Assembly: GCA_902526795.1 (NCBI GenBank)
Contig: CABZMF010000001.1
Location: 280,733 to 344,732, forward strand
DNA: 64,000 nt
Direction of reading: 5' to 3'
Source: an uncultured Fidelibacterota bacterium
Lineage (GTDB): Bacteria > Fidelibacterota > Marinisomatia > Marinisomatales > Marinisomataceae
Shown: piece by piece, positions 1 through 9,863 of the stretch
Layout of the letters: each line of letters starts with the position of its first letter
Numbering within the stretch: the stretch's first letter is position 1
Position numbers and translations under genes: made by a program
Notes under the pieces: generated by a model
Database searches by the model: none
What the model saw: only the letters and a program-made list of their open reading frames with translations
What the model was told of the DNA's origin: nothing

Positions 1-387
1 TACGAAAATTCTTCTATAAGTAGAATGAAGCTTTTAGGAAATGTTATTCAAAAATTAAATTATGATTGTGATGGTGAATTGGTTTGGTTTTTACTGAATC
101 ATGATATGATAAAAGAAGTTAATGGTTCAAACCAAGATTTTGACGGTTTTACTGATTTTTTTAGAGGAATTAAAGGAGTAGAAGTTTCATTGATGTTATA
201 TGATTTAGGAGGAAAAGTTAGATTAAGCTTTAGATCTAAAGGTAAATATAAAGTTAATGAAATCGCAAAAAAAATGGGTGGAGGCGGTCATCCTTACGCT
301 GCTGCAGCTTTAGTAGATGGCGAATTTTCGGATGTCAAATCAACTGTTTTAAATTTAATATCAACCTATATTGGTAGTACAAAATGA
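1..387 (+). CDS. nrnA: C-terminal part of an NrnA-like oligoribonuclease/pAp phosphatase (DHH/DHHA1 family). The 5' end lies outside the window.
   Basis: The frame is open from base 1. It carries the DHHA1-type motif 'KKMGGGGHPYAAAA'. Confidence 0.7.
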   Translation, partial: YENSSISRMKLLGNVIQKLNYDCDGELVWFLLNHDMIKEVNGSNQDFDGFTDFFRGIKGVEVSLMLYDLGGKVRLSFRSKGKYKVNEIAKKMGGGGHPYAAAALVDGEFSDVKSTVLNLISTYIGSTK

Positions 388-1268
388 AAATAATTTTAGC
401 AAAAGGTTCAGGTTATTGTTTTGGTGTAAGAGATGCAGTTAAAAGTGCATATGATATGAGCGAAAAATATGGTGAAGTTTACATGCTAGGAGATATTGTC
501 CATAACGAAAGCGTTGTAAATGATTTAGAACAAAAAGGCGTAAAAGTCGTAGATAAGTTAGATCAAATTCCAAAAAATAAACCAGTTCTTTTTAGAGCTC
601 ACGGTACATCTAAGAGTGTTTGGAAAGAAGCAGAAGATAAAAAAATGAATATCATAGACGCTACATGTCCATTAGTTCACGAAATTCACAGAGATGTTAA
701 AGAATTAGAAGCAGATGGAAGAAAAATTATTATTATTGGTGATCACGGACATGATGAAGTGATTGGAATAGCAAGTCAGGTTAAAAACGCTGTAATCATT
801 TCAAATATTAAAGAAGCAAATGCATTTAGAAAAACAAAAAAAGCAGGGATTGTTAGTCAATCAACACAAACAATCGAAAATGTTCAGGAAATAATAAATA
901 TTTTAATGACAAAAGTTTTTGATTTAAGATTTGTAAATACAATTTGCTTTCCAACAAAAAGAAATCAAGAACAAATAAAAGAGCTTTCTAAAATCACCGA
1001 CCTTATGATAATTATAGGCTCTTTTACAAGTGCTAATTCAAAAAGATTGACGGAATTAAGCCTTGAAAGAAACAAAAAAACTCATCAAGTGACAAATGCT
1101 TCAGAAATTGATTCCAAATGGTTCACAAATGATTTAAATTCAGTTGGAATTTCTGCTGGAGCTTCCACTCCAGATTGGATTATCGAATCAGTGGTAAAAA
1201 AAATCAGAGAAATCACAAATACATACGAAGAGGAAATTATTTATGACAAAAGAGACTTTCAAAGTTAA
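384..1268 (+). CDS. ispH: 4-hydroxy-3-methylbut-2-enyl diphosphate reductase (MEP pathway)
   Basis: '[10 protein letters not shown]', '[10 protein letters not shown]' and '[11 protein letters not shown]' supply the three conserved Cys contexts. Length is 294 aa. Confidence 0.93.
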   Translation: MKIILAKGSGYCFGVRDAVKSAYDMSEKYGEVYMLGDIVHNESVVNDLEQKGVKVVDKLDQIPKNKPVLFRAHGTSKSVWKEAEDKKMNIIDATCPLVHEIHRDVKELEADGRKIIIIGDHGHDEVIGIASQVKNAVIISNIKEANAFRKTKKAGIVSQSTQTIENVQEIINILMTKVFDLRFVNTICFPTKRNQEQIKELSKITDLMIIIGSFTSANSKRLTELSLERNKKTHQVTNASEIDSKWFTNDLNSVGISAGASTPDWIIESVVKKIREITNTYEEEIIYDKRDFQS

Positions 1269-2115
1269 AGTAGGTCTCGCCGAAATGTTAAAGGGCGGGG
1301 TAATAATGGATGTAACAAATGTTGAGCAAGCTAAAATTGCTGAAGAAGCTGGTGCAGTTTCAGTAATGGCTCTCGAGAGAATTCCATCCGATATAAGAAA
1401 AGATGGTGGGGTGGCAAGAATGAGTAATCCCCACATGATCAAAGAAATTCAAGATAATGTATCTATTCCAGTAATGGCAAAGTGTAGAATTGGTCATTTT
1501 GCGGAAGCTCAAATTTTAGAAGCTTTGGAAGTTGATTTTATTGATGAAAGTGAAGTTCTAACAATGGCTGATGAATATTCACACGTTGACAAACATCCTT
1601 TTAAAGTACCATTTGTATGTGGTGCAAGAAACTTAGGAGAAGCACTAAGAAGAATTCACGAAGGAGCAGCATTAATTAGAACTAAAGGTGAAGCAGGTAG
1701 TGGTAATATTGTTGAGGCAGTTAGGCATATGAAAATGATTACCTCACAAATTGTTGAACTTAAGAATGCTGATTTGCTAAAGAAAGCTGAGGAATTTAAG
1801 GTTCCCTTAGATTTAGTGGAAGAGGTTGCAAAAAATCAAAAATTAAGTGTACCAAATTTTGCAGCCGGTGGAATTGCAACTCCTGCTGATGCTTCTTTAA
1901 TGATGCAGCTTGGCGCTGAAACTGTCTTTGTAGGCTCAGGAATTTTTAAGAGTGAAGATCCATCAGAAAGAGCACATGCTGTTGTCAAAGCAGTTACACA
2001 TTTTGAAAATGCTAAAGATGTTTTAACAGCATCTTATGACTTAAAAGATGCTATGAAAGGAATATTGATGTCAGATATCCCAGAAGATCAAAAATTCTCC
2101 AATAGAGGTGACTAA
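1243..2115 (+). CDS. pdxS: Pyridoxal 5'-phosphate synthase, lyase subunit
   Basis: '[10 protein letters not shown]', 'AKCRIGH' and '[11 protein letters not shown]' are present. It is followed directly by pdxT. Confidence 0.95.
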   Translation: MTKETFKVKVGLAEMLKGGVIMDVTNVEQAKIAEEAGAVSVMALERIPSDIRKDGGVARMSNPHMIKEIQDNVSIPVMAKCRIGHFAEAQILEALEVDFIDESEVLTMADEYSHVDKHPFKVPFVCGARNLGEALRRIHEGAALIRTKGEAGSGNIVEAVRHMKMITSQIVELKNADLLKKAEEFKVPLDLVEEVAKNQKLSVPNFAAGGIATPADASLMMQLGAETVFVGSGIFKSEDPSERAHAVVKAVTHFENAKDVLTASYDLKDAMKGILMSDIPEDQKFSNRGD

Positions 2116-2117
2116 TA

Positions 2118-2684
2118 GTGATTGGAGTCCTTGCTCTTCAAGGTAATTTTGATTCGCATGTTAAAATTTTAGAAAAAATTAATTTAAATCATAAGCTTGT
2201 CAAAGATTCTAAAGATTTGAGCTCGCTTAGTGGTTTGATCTTGCCTGGTGGGGAGTCAACTACTATATCAAATCTTTTGAGAAGAAATAAAAATATGATT
2301 GATGAGATAAATCTTCTTGCTAGTAAAAAGCCAATTCTAGGCTCTTGTGCTGGTTTAATTTTAATGTCTAAAAATTCCAACGATAATAGAGTACATAATT
2401 TTGATTTTTTGGATATTACTACAGATAGAAATGCTTACGGAAGGCAAGTATATTCATTTGAGGCTGAAATTAATGTTAAGTATGGAAAAATTAGTTCTAA
2501 TTTAAACTCTTTATTCATTAGAGCACCAAAAGTTAATGAAATTGGTAGAAAAGTTGAAATACTTGCGACTTATAAAAACGAAATAGTTGCTGTTAAGCAG
2601 GGAAAGCATGTTGGATTATCTTGCCATCCCGAATTATTGGATGAAACTTTGATACATGAAATTTGCTTTAAAGGTAAAAAATGA
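2118..2684 (+). CDS. pdxT: Pyridoxal 5'-phosphate synthase, glutaminase subunit (GTG start)
   Basis: 'LPGGESTT', the 'GSCAGLIL' nucleophile Cys and 'CHPE' are present. It is adjacent to pdxS. Confidence 0.9.
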   Translation: MIGVLALQGNFDSHVKILEKINLNHKLVKDSKDLSSLSGLILPGGESTTISNLLRRNKNMIDEINLLASKKPILGSCAGLILMSKNSNDNRVHNFDFLDITTDRNAYGRQVYSFEAEINVKYGKISSNLNSLFIRAPKVNEIGRKVEILATYKNEIVAVKQGKHVGLSCHPELLDETLIHEICFKGKK

Positions 2685-4552
2685 AATATCTGAAAAAGAT
2701 TAATTCACCAGAAGATTTAAAAGAAATTCCAAAGGATGAATTAAGTGAAGTTTGCCAAGAGCTTCGAACATATATCACAGAAACAATTAATCAGATTGGC
2801 GGTCATTTGGCGCCTACACTTGGTGCCATTGAAATAACAACTGCAGTTCATTATGTTTTTAGTGCTCCGAAGGATAAAATAGTATGGGACACAGGTCATC
2901 AAGCATATGCTCACAAAGTACTTACTGGTAGGTATAGCCAATTTCCAACAATAAGAAGATATAAAGGATTAAGTGGTTTTTTAAAACGCTCTGAAAGCGA
3001 GTTTGATGTTTTTGGAGCTGGGCATGCATCAACTTCCATTTCTGCAGCACTTGGCATGGCAGTTAGCAGAGATTTAGATAATGATAATTTTAAAGTTATT
3101 AGTATTATTGGTGATGGAGCTTTATCAGGGGGTTTGGCTTTTGAAGCTCTCAATAATGCTGGTAACATTAGAAAACAAATGCTCGTTATTGTAAACGATA
3201 ATGATATGTCCATAAGTCCTAACGTAGGTGCTTTTAGAAACTATCTTGTTAAGATTGCGACAAACAAAAGATATAATAACCTAAGAAAAGGAATTTATAA
3301 TACTATAAAAAAGCTACCAAAAAGTCTTAAAATTTTGGAAACAATTTTGAGAAAAGCTGAATCCAGTGCAAAAAAATTCTTTCTTCCAACAACAGTTTTT
3401 GAAGATTTAGGTTTTAGATACTTTGGTCCAGTAGACGGTCACAATATTGAAGAAATGGTTGAGGTTTTAGAAAATATAAAAGATTTAAATACCCCAGTTG
3501 TTTTACATGCAATTACCAAAAAAGGAAAAGGACTCGAATACGCTGAAGATGATCCAATCAAATATCACGGGGTTAAGGAGAAAAAGGAAAATAACCAAGT
3601 AACACAAAATCAAACACCAATTTATCAAAATGTTTTTGGTGAAGTTTTATGTGATTTAGCAGATGAAAACAAAGATGTAGTGGCCATTACTGCTGCAATG
3701 AGAGAAGGAACAGGACTAGTAGAATTTTCTTCAAGATTTCCAGAAAGATTTTATGATGTTGGAATTGCTGAGGGTCACGCAGTAACTTTTAGCGGAGGAC
3801 TATCAACACAGGGAAAAATCCCAATTGTTGCTATATACTCAACTTTTTTGCAGAGAGCTTTTGATCATGTGATCCACGATGTAGCTCTTCAAAATTTGCC
3901 AGTTATTTTTTGTATGGATCGATCTGGTTTGGTTGGAGAAGATGGTGCAACTCATCACGGAGTATTAGATATCGCTTATTTAAGATGTATTCAAAATATC
4001 ATAGTTTCAGCTCCAAAAGATGGAAATGAATTAAGAGATTTGATTTACACTGCTACACTCAACAAGCAAAAACCATTTACAATTAGATATCCAAAAGAAC
4101 AATCTGTGAGGTTTGAAAAAAAATCTCCAAATCAAATTGAAATAGGTACATGGGAAGTATTAGTTCAAGGTAGCGATGTACTTATTTTGGCTGTTGGTTC
4201 GATGGTAAGTAAAAGCATGGAAGTTCATAGTATGCTTCTTGAAAAAGGTATTTCGTCAGAGGTGGTAAATTGTAGATTTATCAAGCCGATGGACAAGAAT
4301 TATTTAAAAGAATTTTTATCAAAATTTAGTTTCGTTGTTACAATTGAAGAAGGTGTAAAAGATGGAGGTTTTGGAGAAGGTATTATCAACTATTCAAATG
4401 AAAATAGTATATCTAATAAAATATTAACTTTAGGGGTTCCAAATAGGTTTGTTGATCACGGGCCCAGAAATATTTTATTACATGAAGTAGGTTTAGATTC
4501 CATAAGTATGTTTGAAAAAATTTATAACTTTTTTAGGAAAAATAATGAGTAA
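2681..4552 (+). CDS. dxs: 1-deoxy-D-xylulose-5-phosphate synthase
   Basis: 'GGHLAPTLG', the 'GDGALSGG' TPP motif and 'DRSGLVGEDGATHHG' are present. Length is 623 aa. Confidence 0.95.
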   Translation: MKYLKKINSPEDLKEIPKDELSEVCQELRTYITETINQIGGHLAPTLGAIEITTAVHYVFSAPKDKIVWDTGHQAYAHKVLTGRYSQFPTIRRYKGLSGFLKRSESEFDVFGAGHASTSISAALGMAVSRDLDNDNFKVISIIGDGALSGGLAFEALNNAGNIRKQMLVIVNDNDMSISPNVGAFRNYLVKIATNKRYNNLRKGIYNTIKKLPKSLKILETILRKAESSAKKFFLPTTVFEDLGFRYFGPVDGHNIEEMVEVLENIKDLNTPVVLHAITKKGKGLEYAEDDPIKYHGVKEKKENNQVTQNQTPIYQNVFGEVLCDLADENKDVVAITAAMREGTGLVEFSSRFPERFYDVGIAEGHAVTFSGGLSTQGKIPIVAIYSTFLQRAFDHVIHDVALQNLPVIFCMDRSGLVGEDGATHHGVLDIAYLRCIQNIIVSAPKDGNELRDLIYTATLNKQKPFTIRYPKEQSVRFEKKSPNQIEIGTWEVLVQGSDVLILAVGSMVSKSMEVHSMLLEKGISSEVVNCRFIKPMDKNYLKEFLSKFSFVVTIEEGVKDGGFGEGIINYSNENSISNKILTLGVPNRFVDHGPRNILLHEVGLDSISMFEKIYNFFRKNNE

Positions 4553-6140
4553 GAAAATTGAAAGAAAAGTTAGTTTTAAAAGTATAAGTGGTGATGATTT
4601 GAAAGATTTCTATTCATCATCTAATAAAGAGAAAGATTATAACATTAATCCGGGAATTTTTCCTTACACTCGTGGAATACATAAAAATATGTATAGAGGA
4701 AAATTATGGACTATGAGACAGTTTTCAGGATTTAGTACACCAGAGAAAACTAATGAAAGATATAAATATCTTCTTAAGAATGGTCAAACTGGATTATCTG
4801 TGGCTTATGATATGCCAACATTGATGGGTTATGACCCAGATCATGAGCTATCATCTGGAGAAGTAGGAGTTTGTGGTGTAAATGTTTCATCGTTGGAAGA
4901 TATGGAAATTTTGTTTGATGGAATTGATTTAGAAAAAATTTCAGTATCGCAAACAATTAATGGTCCAGCAATAATTCTTTTTGCATTTTATGTTGCACTT
5001 GCAAAGAAAAATAAAATTGACATAAGCAAGCTTCGAGGAACTCTTCAAAATGATGCTTTAAAAGAGTATATGGCACAAAAGGAGTGGATTTTCCCCCCAA
5101 ATCCATCAGTAAAGCTTGTTGTTGACATCATAGAATATTGTTCTCAAAATATGCCTTTTTATAATCCGGTTTCAATTAGTGGATATCATATTAGAGAGGC
5201 TGGATCAACTGCTGCTCAAGAACTTGCTTTTACGTTAAATAATGGATTTGCCTACATCGAAGAGTGTTTGGAAAGAGGACTGAAAATAGATCGCTTTGCT
5301 CATAGATTATCATTTTTCTTTAATGCACATATGGACTTTTTTGAAGAAATAGCTAAGTATAGAGCAGCAAGACGAATTTGGGCGAAAAGACTCAAAAATG
5401 AGTACGGTGCAAAAAATGAAAATTCTTTAAAGCTTAAATTTCATACCCAAACAGCTGGTTGTTCTTTAACGGCTCAACAGCCAGAAAATAATATTGTAAG
5501 AACTGCATTTGAAGCAATGTCAGCTGTTTTGGGAGGTACAAATTCACTACATACTAATTCGCTCGATGAAACATTGGCTTTACCATCCGAAAAAGCTGCA
5601 AAAATTGCTCTTAGAACACAACAGATATTGGCCTTTGAAACAGGTGTACCGAATGTTGCTGATCCTCTTGGTGGATCGTGGTATTTAGAAGAATTAACTG
5701 ATAAAATAGAAAAACAGGCAATGAAATACTTTGAAGAAATTCAAGAAATAGGAGGAACAATTCAAGCTATTGAAGAGGGATATTTTCAAAAAAAAATTGC
5801 TGAATCTGCTTCTATATATCAGGAATCTATTGACTCAAAAGAAAGAATAATCGTTGGGGTTAATGATTTTGTTGAAGAGAATGAAGAGTTAGATATAGAA
5901 ATTTTAAAAATTTCAAAAGATGCACAAATCATTCAAGAAAACAAAGTTAAAAATCTTAGAAAAAAGCGTAATAAAAAAAACTTTGAAAAAAAGATGAAAA
6001 AATTGAGCGATGCTTGTAAAAAAGATTTAAATTTAGTTCCTTTTTTGATAGAAGTTGCAGAAGCAGGTGGTACTTTGGGCGAAATCGTAGAATTAATGAA
6101 AAAAGAATATGGAGAATGGGAAGAGTCATTTGGAATATAA
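4545..6140 (+). CDS. Coenzyme-B12-dependent acyl-CoA mutase, large substrate-binding subunit only. It resembles split MCM/ICM enzymes, and no B12-binding subunit is adjacent.
   Basis: 'FPYTRGIHKNMYRGKLWTMRQFSGF', 'LSVAYDMPTLMGYD' and 'TLQNDALKEYMAQKEWIFPP' are present. I prefer the start at 'MSKK' (4545, overlapping the dxs stop) over the ORF-track start at 4512. Confidence 0.85.
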   Translation: MSKKIERKVSFKSISGDDLKDFYSSSNKEKDYNINPGIFPYTRGIHKNMYRGKLWTMRQFSGFSTPEKTNERYKYLLKNGQTGLSVAYDMPTLMGYDPDHELSSGEVGVCGVNVSSLEDMEILFDGIDLEKISVSQTINGPAIILFAFYVALAKKNKIDISKLRGTLQNDALKEYMAQKEWIFPPNPSVKLVVDIIEYCSQNMPFYNPVSISGYHIREAGSTAAQELAFTLNNGFAYIEECLERGLKIDRFAHRLSFFFNAHMDFFEEIAKYRAARRIWAKRLKNEYGAKNENSLKLKFHTQTAGCSLTAQQPENNIVRTAFEAMSAVLGGTNSLHTNSLDETLALPSEKAAKIALRTQQILAFETGVPNVADPLGGSWYLEELTDKIEKQAMKYFEEIQEIGGTIQAIEEGYFQKKIAESASIYQESIDSKERIIVGVNDFVEENEELDIEILKISKDAQIIQENKVKNLRKKRNKKNFEKKMKKLSDACKKDLNLVPFLIEVAEAGGTLGEIVELMKKEYGEWEESFGI

Positions 6141-6143
6141 TTT

Positions 6144-6551
6144 ATGAGTAAAGTTTCAACATCAATTTTAATTATTTTTATCCTCATAGTTGGTTGGATT
6201 GTTTATTTAACAAATGTTAAAAAAGATAATTCTTTAACAGTCAGATACTATTCAATTTCTGAATTAGCAAGAGAGATAGATGATATTCAAAAAGTAAAAG
6301 TTGGTGGATATATAAAGCCAAACTCAATTGAAATTTCAGATGAAGATCAGTTGGATGTATCTTTTTTTGTCTATCAAAATAATGATAGTGTTAAAGTAAA
6401 TTATTATGGAATCAGACCTGATCTATTTAAAGATGATGCCGAAGTTGTGGTTTCTGGTTCTTATACAAATAACCTTATATCAGCTACTGAACTTCAAACT
6501 AAATGTGCCTCTAGATATGAAGGGGACCTTAAAAACATTGAGAAAATATAA
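6144..6551 (+). CDS. ccmE: Cytochrome c maturation haem chaperone CcmE, variant type with CXXXY in place of HXXXY
   Basis: It has an N-terminal TM anchor. 'RPDLFKDDAEVVVSG' aligns with E. coli 'LPDLFREGQGVVVQG'. The haem-binding position reads 'KCASRY' where E. coli has 'KHDENY'. Confidence 0.85.
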   Translation: MSKVSTSILIIFILIVGWIVYLTNVKKDNSLTVRYYSISELAREIDDIQKVKVGGYIKPNSIEISDEDQLDVSFFVYQNNDSVKVNYYGIRPDLFKDDAEVVVSGSYTNNLISATELQTKCASRYEGDLKNIEKI

Positions 6552-8518
6552 TGATTTCTCAAATTGGTAGTATCGCAGTGAGCCTAGCTGGTGGTTTAAT
6601 TTTTTCTTCTTTCCTTTTTTTAGGCATCTACAGAAAATCTAAGAATGAAGTTTATTTACAAATTTCAGAAAGAGCAATTTTAGCAAGTTCTTATAGCATA
6701 TTTCTTGCATTTTTTTGCTTATTAAATGAGTTACTTATAAGTAATTTTAATTTACAATATGTAGCTCAATACACAAGTTATGAAACCCCTTTATTTTTTA
6801 AGGTTACCGCATTATGGGCTGGCCAAGCAGGATCTTTACTATTTTGGTCGTTTATAACTGCTCTCTTTACAGTTACTTATATTTTCACAACCCTAAGAAA
6901 AATGAAAAGACTTAAATTTCACTCCTTCATAATAATATCTTTTATTTATTCATTCTTTATAATTCTTTCTTCTTTTATTGCAAATCCATTTGAACCTGTA
7001 TCCTCTGATATTATTGTCCAAAATGGAAATGGTCTAAATCCTTTATTACAAAATTTCTTTATGGCTATTCACCCGCCGATATTATATGTTGGATTTACTG
7101 GTTCGGCTATTATTTTTGTAATGGCATTAGCAGCTTCTATTTCAAAAGATATTTCTTTTGATTGGGTTCAATCAATTAGAAGATGGTCTTTGTTCGTGTG
7201 GACTTTTCTTTCAGCTGGAATTATTTTGGGTGGATATTGGGCATATAATGAGTTGGGATGGGGTGGATATTGGGCATGGGATCCTGTAGAAAACTCATCA
7301 TTAATGCCTTGGCTTACTTTAACAGCTTTTATTCATTCATCTATGATTCAAGAAAAGAGAGGAATGTTAAAGAAGTGGAATTTTTTATTAGCAACATCAA
7401 CTTATATACTAGTTATTTTAGGCACATTTATTACACGAAGTGGTGTTATTTCATCTGTTCATTCGTTCACGGCTGAAAATTTAGGCCCTGTATTTTTTAC
7501 ATTTTTATCTCTTCTTATTATTTATACTATTTTTTGGTTTTTTAAGAGAAAATCTTATCTAGACACTCCAGATAAAATTGATTCTTTTTCTTCGCGAGAA
7601 GGAGGCTTTCTTTATAATAATTTAATTTTAATACTAATGTGTTTTACAATCATGTGGGGTACTCTATTTCCAATTTTATCAGAGGCGTGGGATGGAAATA
7701 AAATTTATGTTGGTGCATCTTTTTTTAATCAATTGAATATTCCAATTGGCCTAGTTTTATTATTTTTAATGGGTATTGGACCTTTGCTATCTTGGAATAA
7801 TACTTCTAGAAATGTTTTATTATCGAGATTTAAAGTACCAATGTTTATTAGTTTTTTTAGTGGATTGATTTATCTTATTTTTTCAACCTTTTTCCAACTA
7901 TATGTTTTTGTAGCTATAATGGGAGTTTCATTCACTCTAAGTTCAATTTTGGGTGAATTTTATAAATCATACAAAAGGCAAACAAGAGCATCTAATTTTC
8001 TTGACGCTCTTTTTAGAATGTTATTAAGCAATAGACATCAAAACGGAGGATATATAGTTCATATTGGAATTGTTCTATTATTTATTGGATTTATTGGAAG
8101 AGCTTTTGAAGTTGAAAAAGAATTTAGCTTATCACCTGGAGAACAGATCTATTTTGCAAATTATGTATTTAAATTAAATAGTATTAAAAGTGAGGCACGA
8201 GACAATCACTATGCTTTTTTAAGTGATATAGATGTTGTTGATAACAATAATCAATTACTAACGAATTTAAAACCTGAGAAAAGAATCTACTTTTACTGGA
8301 ACTCTGATCCTGAAAAGAGACAACCTCATAGCGAGTTAGATATTCATAGTACAATTCAAAAAGATATTTATTCTATTTTTTCTGCGTATGATGCTCAAAA
8401 AAATATTGGATACTTTAAAATAATGGTTAATCCACTTGTAAACTGGGTTTGGATAGGTGGTGTATTAATGGTACTTGGTTCTTTATTCGCTTTTTGGCCC
8501 TCAAGAAAGCGAAAATAA
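6551..8518 (+). CDS. ccmF: Cytochrome c maturation protein CcmF (haem lyase component)
   Basis: It has the WWD motif 'WGGYWAWDPVENSSLMPWL' and is polytopic, 655 aa. Confidence 0.93.
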   Translation: MISQIGSIAVSLAGGLIFSSFLFLGIYRKSKNEVYLQISERAILASSYSIFLAFFCLLNELLISNFNLQYVAQYTSYETPLFFKVTALWAGQAGSLLFWSFITALFTVTYIFTTLRKMKRLKFHSFIIISFIYSFFIILSSFIANPFEPVSSDIIVQNGNGLNPLLQNFFMAIHPPILYVGFTGSAIIFVMALAASISKDISFDWVQSIRRWSLFVWTFLSAGIILGGYWAYNELGWGGYWAWDPVENSSLMPWLTLTAFIHSSMIQEKRGMLKKWNFLLATSTYILVILGTFITRSGVISSVHSFTAENLGPVFFTFLSLLIIYTIFWFFKRKSYLDTPDKIDSFSSREGGFLYNNLILILMCFTIMWGTLFPILSEAWDGNKIYVGASFFNQLNIPIGLVLLFLMGIGPLLSWNNTSRNVLLSRFKVPMFISFFSGLIYLIFSTFFQLYVFVAIMGVSFTLSSILGEFYKSYKRQTRASNFLDALFRMLLSNRHQNGGYIVHIGIVLLFIGFIGRAFEVEKEFSLSPGEQIYFANYVFKLNSIKSEARDNHYAFLSDIDVVDNNNQLLTNLKPEKRIYFYWNSDPEKRQPHSELDIHSTIQKDIYSIFSAYDAQKNIGYFKIMVNPLVNWVWIGGVLMVLGSLFAFWPSRKRK

Positions 8519-8608
8519 GTGGAAATATTTAATCAATTTTTTATATTTTTCTTTCTAATATTGGTAATTTTCTATGTATTTTGGCCTTTGATAAAGCAAA
8601 TAAAATAA
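8519..8608 (+). CDS. Candidate 29-aa single-TM micro-ORF between ccmF and ccmA
   Basis: A GTG lies immediately after the ccmF TAA. Translation is (M)EIFNQFFIFFFLILVIFYVFWPLIKQIK. Its TAA overlaps the ccmA ATG as TAATG. It is not in the supplied ORF track. Confidence 0.35.
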   Translation: MEIFNQFFIFFFLILVIFYVFWPLIKQIK

Positions 8609-9207
8609 TGTTAACTGTAGATAATCTTTCTAAGTCATTTTCAAACACACCAATTCTAAAAAACGTAAATTTTTCATTAGAGTTAGGAAAAATTTGTTTG
8701 ATTATCGGTAATAACGGATCTGGTAAAACTACATTTCTTAAATGCTTATCAGGATTAATGAATTATGAATCTGGAACAATAAACTTCAATACAAATAACG
8801 GATATTTATTTCTTAGTGATAAGCTTAATATTTTTGGAGATTTAACTATTGAGGAAAATTTAAAGGTCCTATCAATTTATCATAATCATACTTTTGATCA
8901 ATCAGTTTTTAATGAATCCCTTGCTATTCTTAATATTAAACAATTCAAAGATTTACCTTTGAAGTTTTTATCTAGAGGAAACTTGCAAAGAAATAAATTA
9001 TGTATTGCAATGAATTTAAATTGGGACTATTTATTAATAGATGAGCCTTTTAGTAATCTAGATAAAGATGGTGTTAAAATTTTTAATGAATTGTTCAATA
9101 ATTTTAAATTAAAAAATAAATCTATTATTTTTTCAACGCATCAAAATGATAATAAATTATCCATTGACAAAGTAATTTCAGTGGAAGATTTCAAGGAAAT
9201 TAAATGA
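8608..9207 (+). CDS. ccmA: Haem exporter ABC ATPase CcmA
   Basis: Walker A 'GNNGSGKTT', Walker B 'LLIDEP' and a degenerate signature 'LSRGNLQR' are present. I prefer the ATG at 8608 over the TTG at 8581. Confidence 0.8.
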   Translation: MLTVDNLSKSFSNTPILKNVNFSLELGKICLIIGNNGSGKTTFLKCLSGLMNYESGTINFNTNNGYLFLSDKLNIFGDLTIEENLKVLSIYHNHTFDQSVFNESLAILNIKQFKDLPLKFLSRGNLQRNKLCIAMNLNWDYLLIDEPFSNLDKDGVKIFNELFNNFKLKNKSIIFSTHQNDNKLSIDKVISVEDFKEIK

Positions 9208-9863
9208 TTTTACAACTTTTAAAAAATGAATTTTATTTGGAGAGAAAGTCATCTTTTAATGTGCTATACATTTCATTTTTTGCATTTTCATGTTTAATGT
9301 TCTTACTGTTTTCTTTCCCTCTGTCAAAAGTCTATGATACAACAATTTTTACAGGTTTTTTCTGGATAATAGTTTCACTTTCAACCATTAAATTAATAGA
9401 AAATTCATTTGCAAGAGAAAAGGATTATAATATTCATGATTTAATATATTCTACATCAAGTGATTCTACATTAATATTTATAGCAAAATTATTTTCTCTC
9501 ACCATTATATTATTGATGGTTCAATTTATTATTTTTATGAGTTACATGATAATATCCGATATGAACTTTGCTATTTTGATGAGATTGATAATTCTAAGCA
9601 GCATAACAAATTTTGGACTGATATCATTCGGAATACTAATTTTTTTACTAACAAATACAAATACCTCTAAAAGTTTTTTATTTCCTGTAATATTTTTTCC
9701 ATTAATAATTCCAGTTCTTGTAAATGCTTCAAATATTCTTTTTGGAATAATTATTGGAGAAAAACTATCTTTATATATTGAATCTTGGATGATTTTATTA
9801 ACTTTTGCCCTAATTGGAACCCTTTTAGGGATTAATTTATTTGGGAGATTAATTAAACAATAA
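9204..9863 (+). CDS. ccmB: Haem exporter membrane protein CcmB
   Basis: It is a polytopic 219-aa membrane protein in the canonical position between ccmA and ccmC, with overlapping junctions. Confidence 0.7.
   Translation: MILQLLKNEFYLERKSSFNVLYISFFAFSCLMFLLFSFPLSKVYDTTIFTGFFWIIVSLSTIKLIENSFAREKDYNIHDLIYSTSSDSTLIFIAKLFSLTIILLMVQFIIFMSYMIISDMNFAILMRLIILSSITNFGLISFGILIFLLTNTNTSKSFLFPVIFFPLIIPVLVNASNILFGIIIGEKLSLYIESWMILLTFALIGTLLGINLFGRLIKQ

Noticed and set aside
8581-8607. Longer N-terminal extensions suggested by the ORF track: ccmA TTG 8581, mutase ATG 4512, rplM TTG 37712, rpsB ATG 38495 and rpsI TTG 38167.
   Set aside because: The extensions overlap upstream genes or promoter elements and add residues not seen at the N-termini of these families. 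Downstream ATGs give canonical N-termini.
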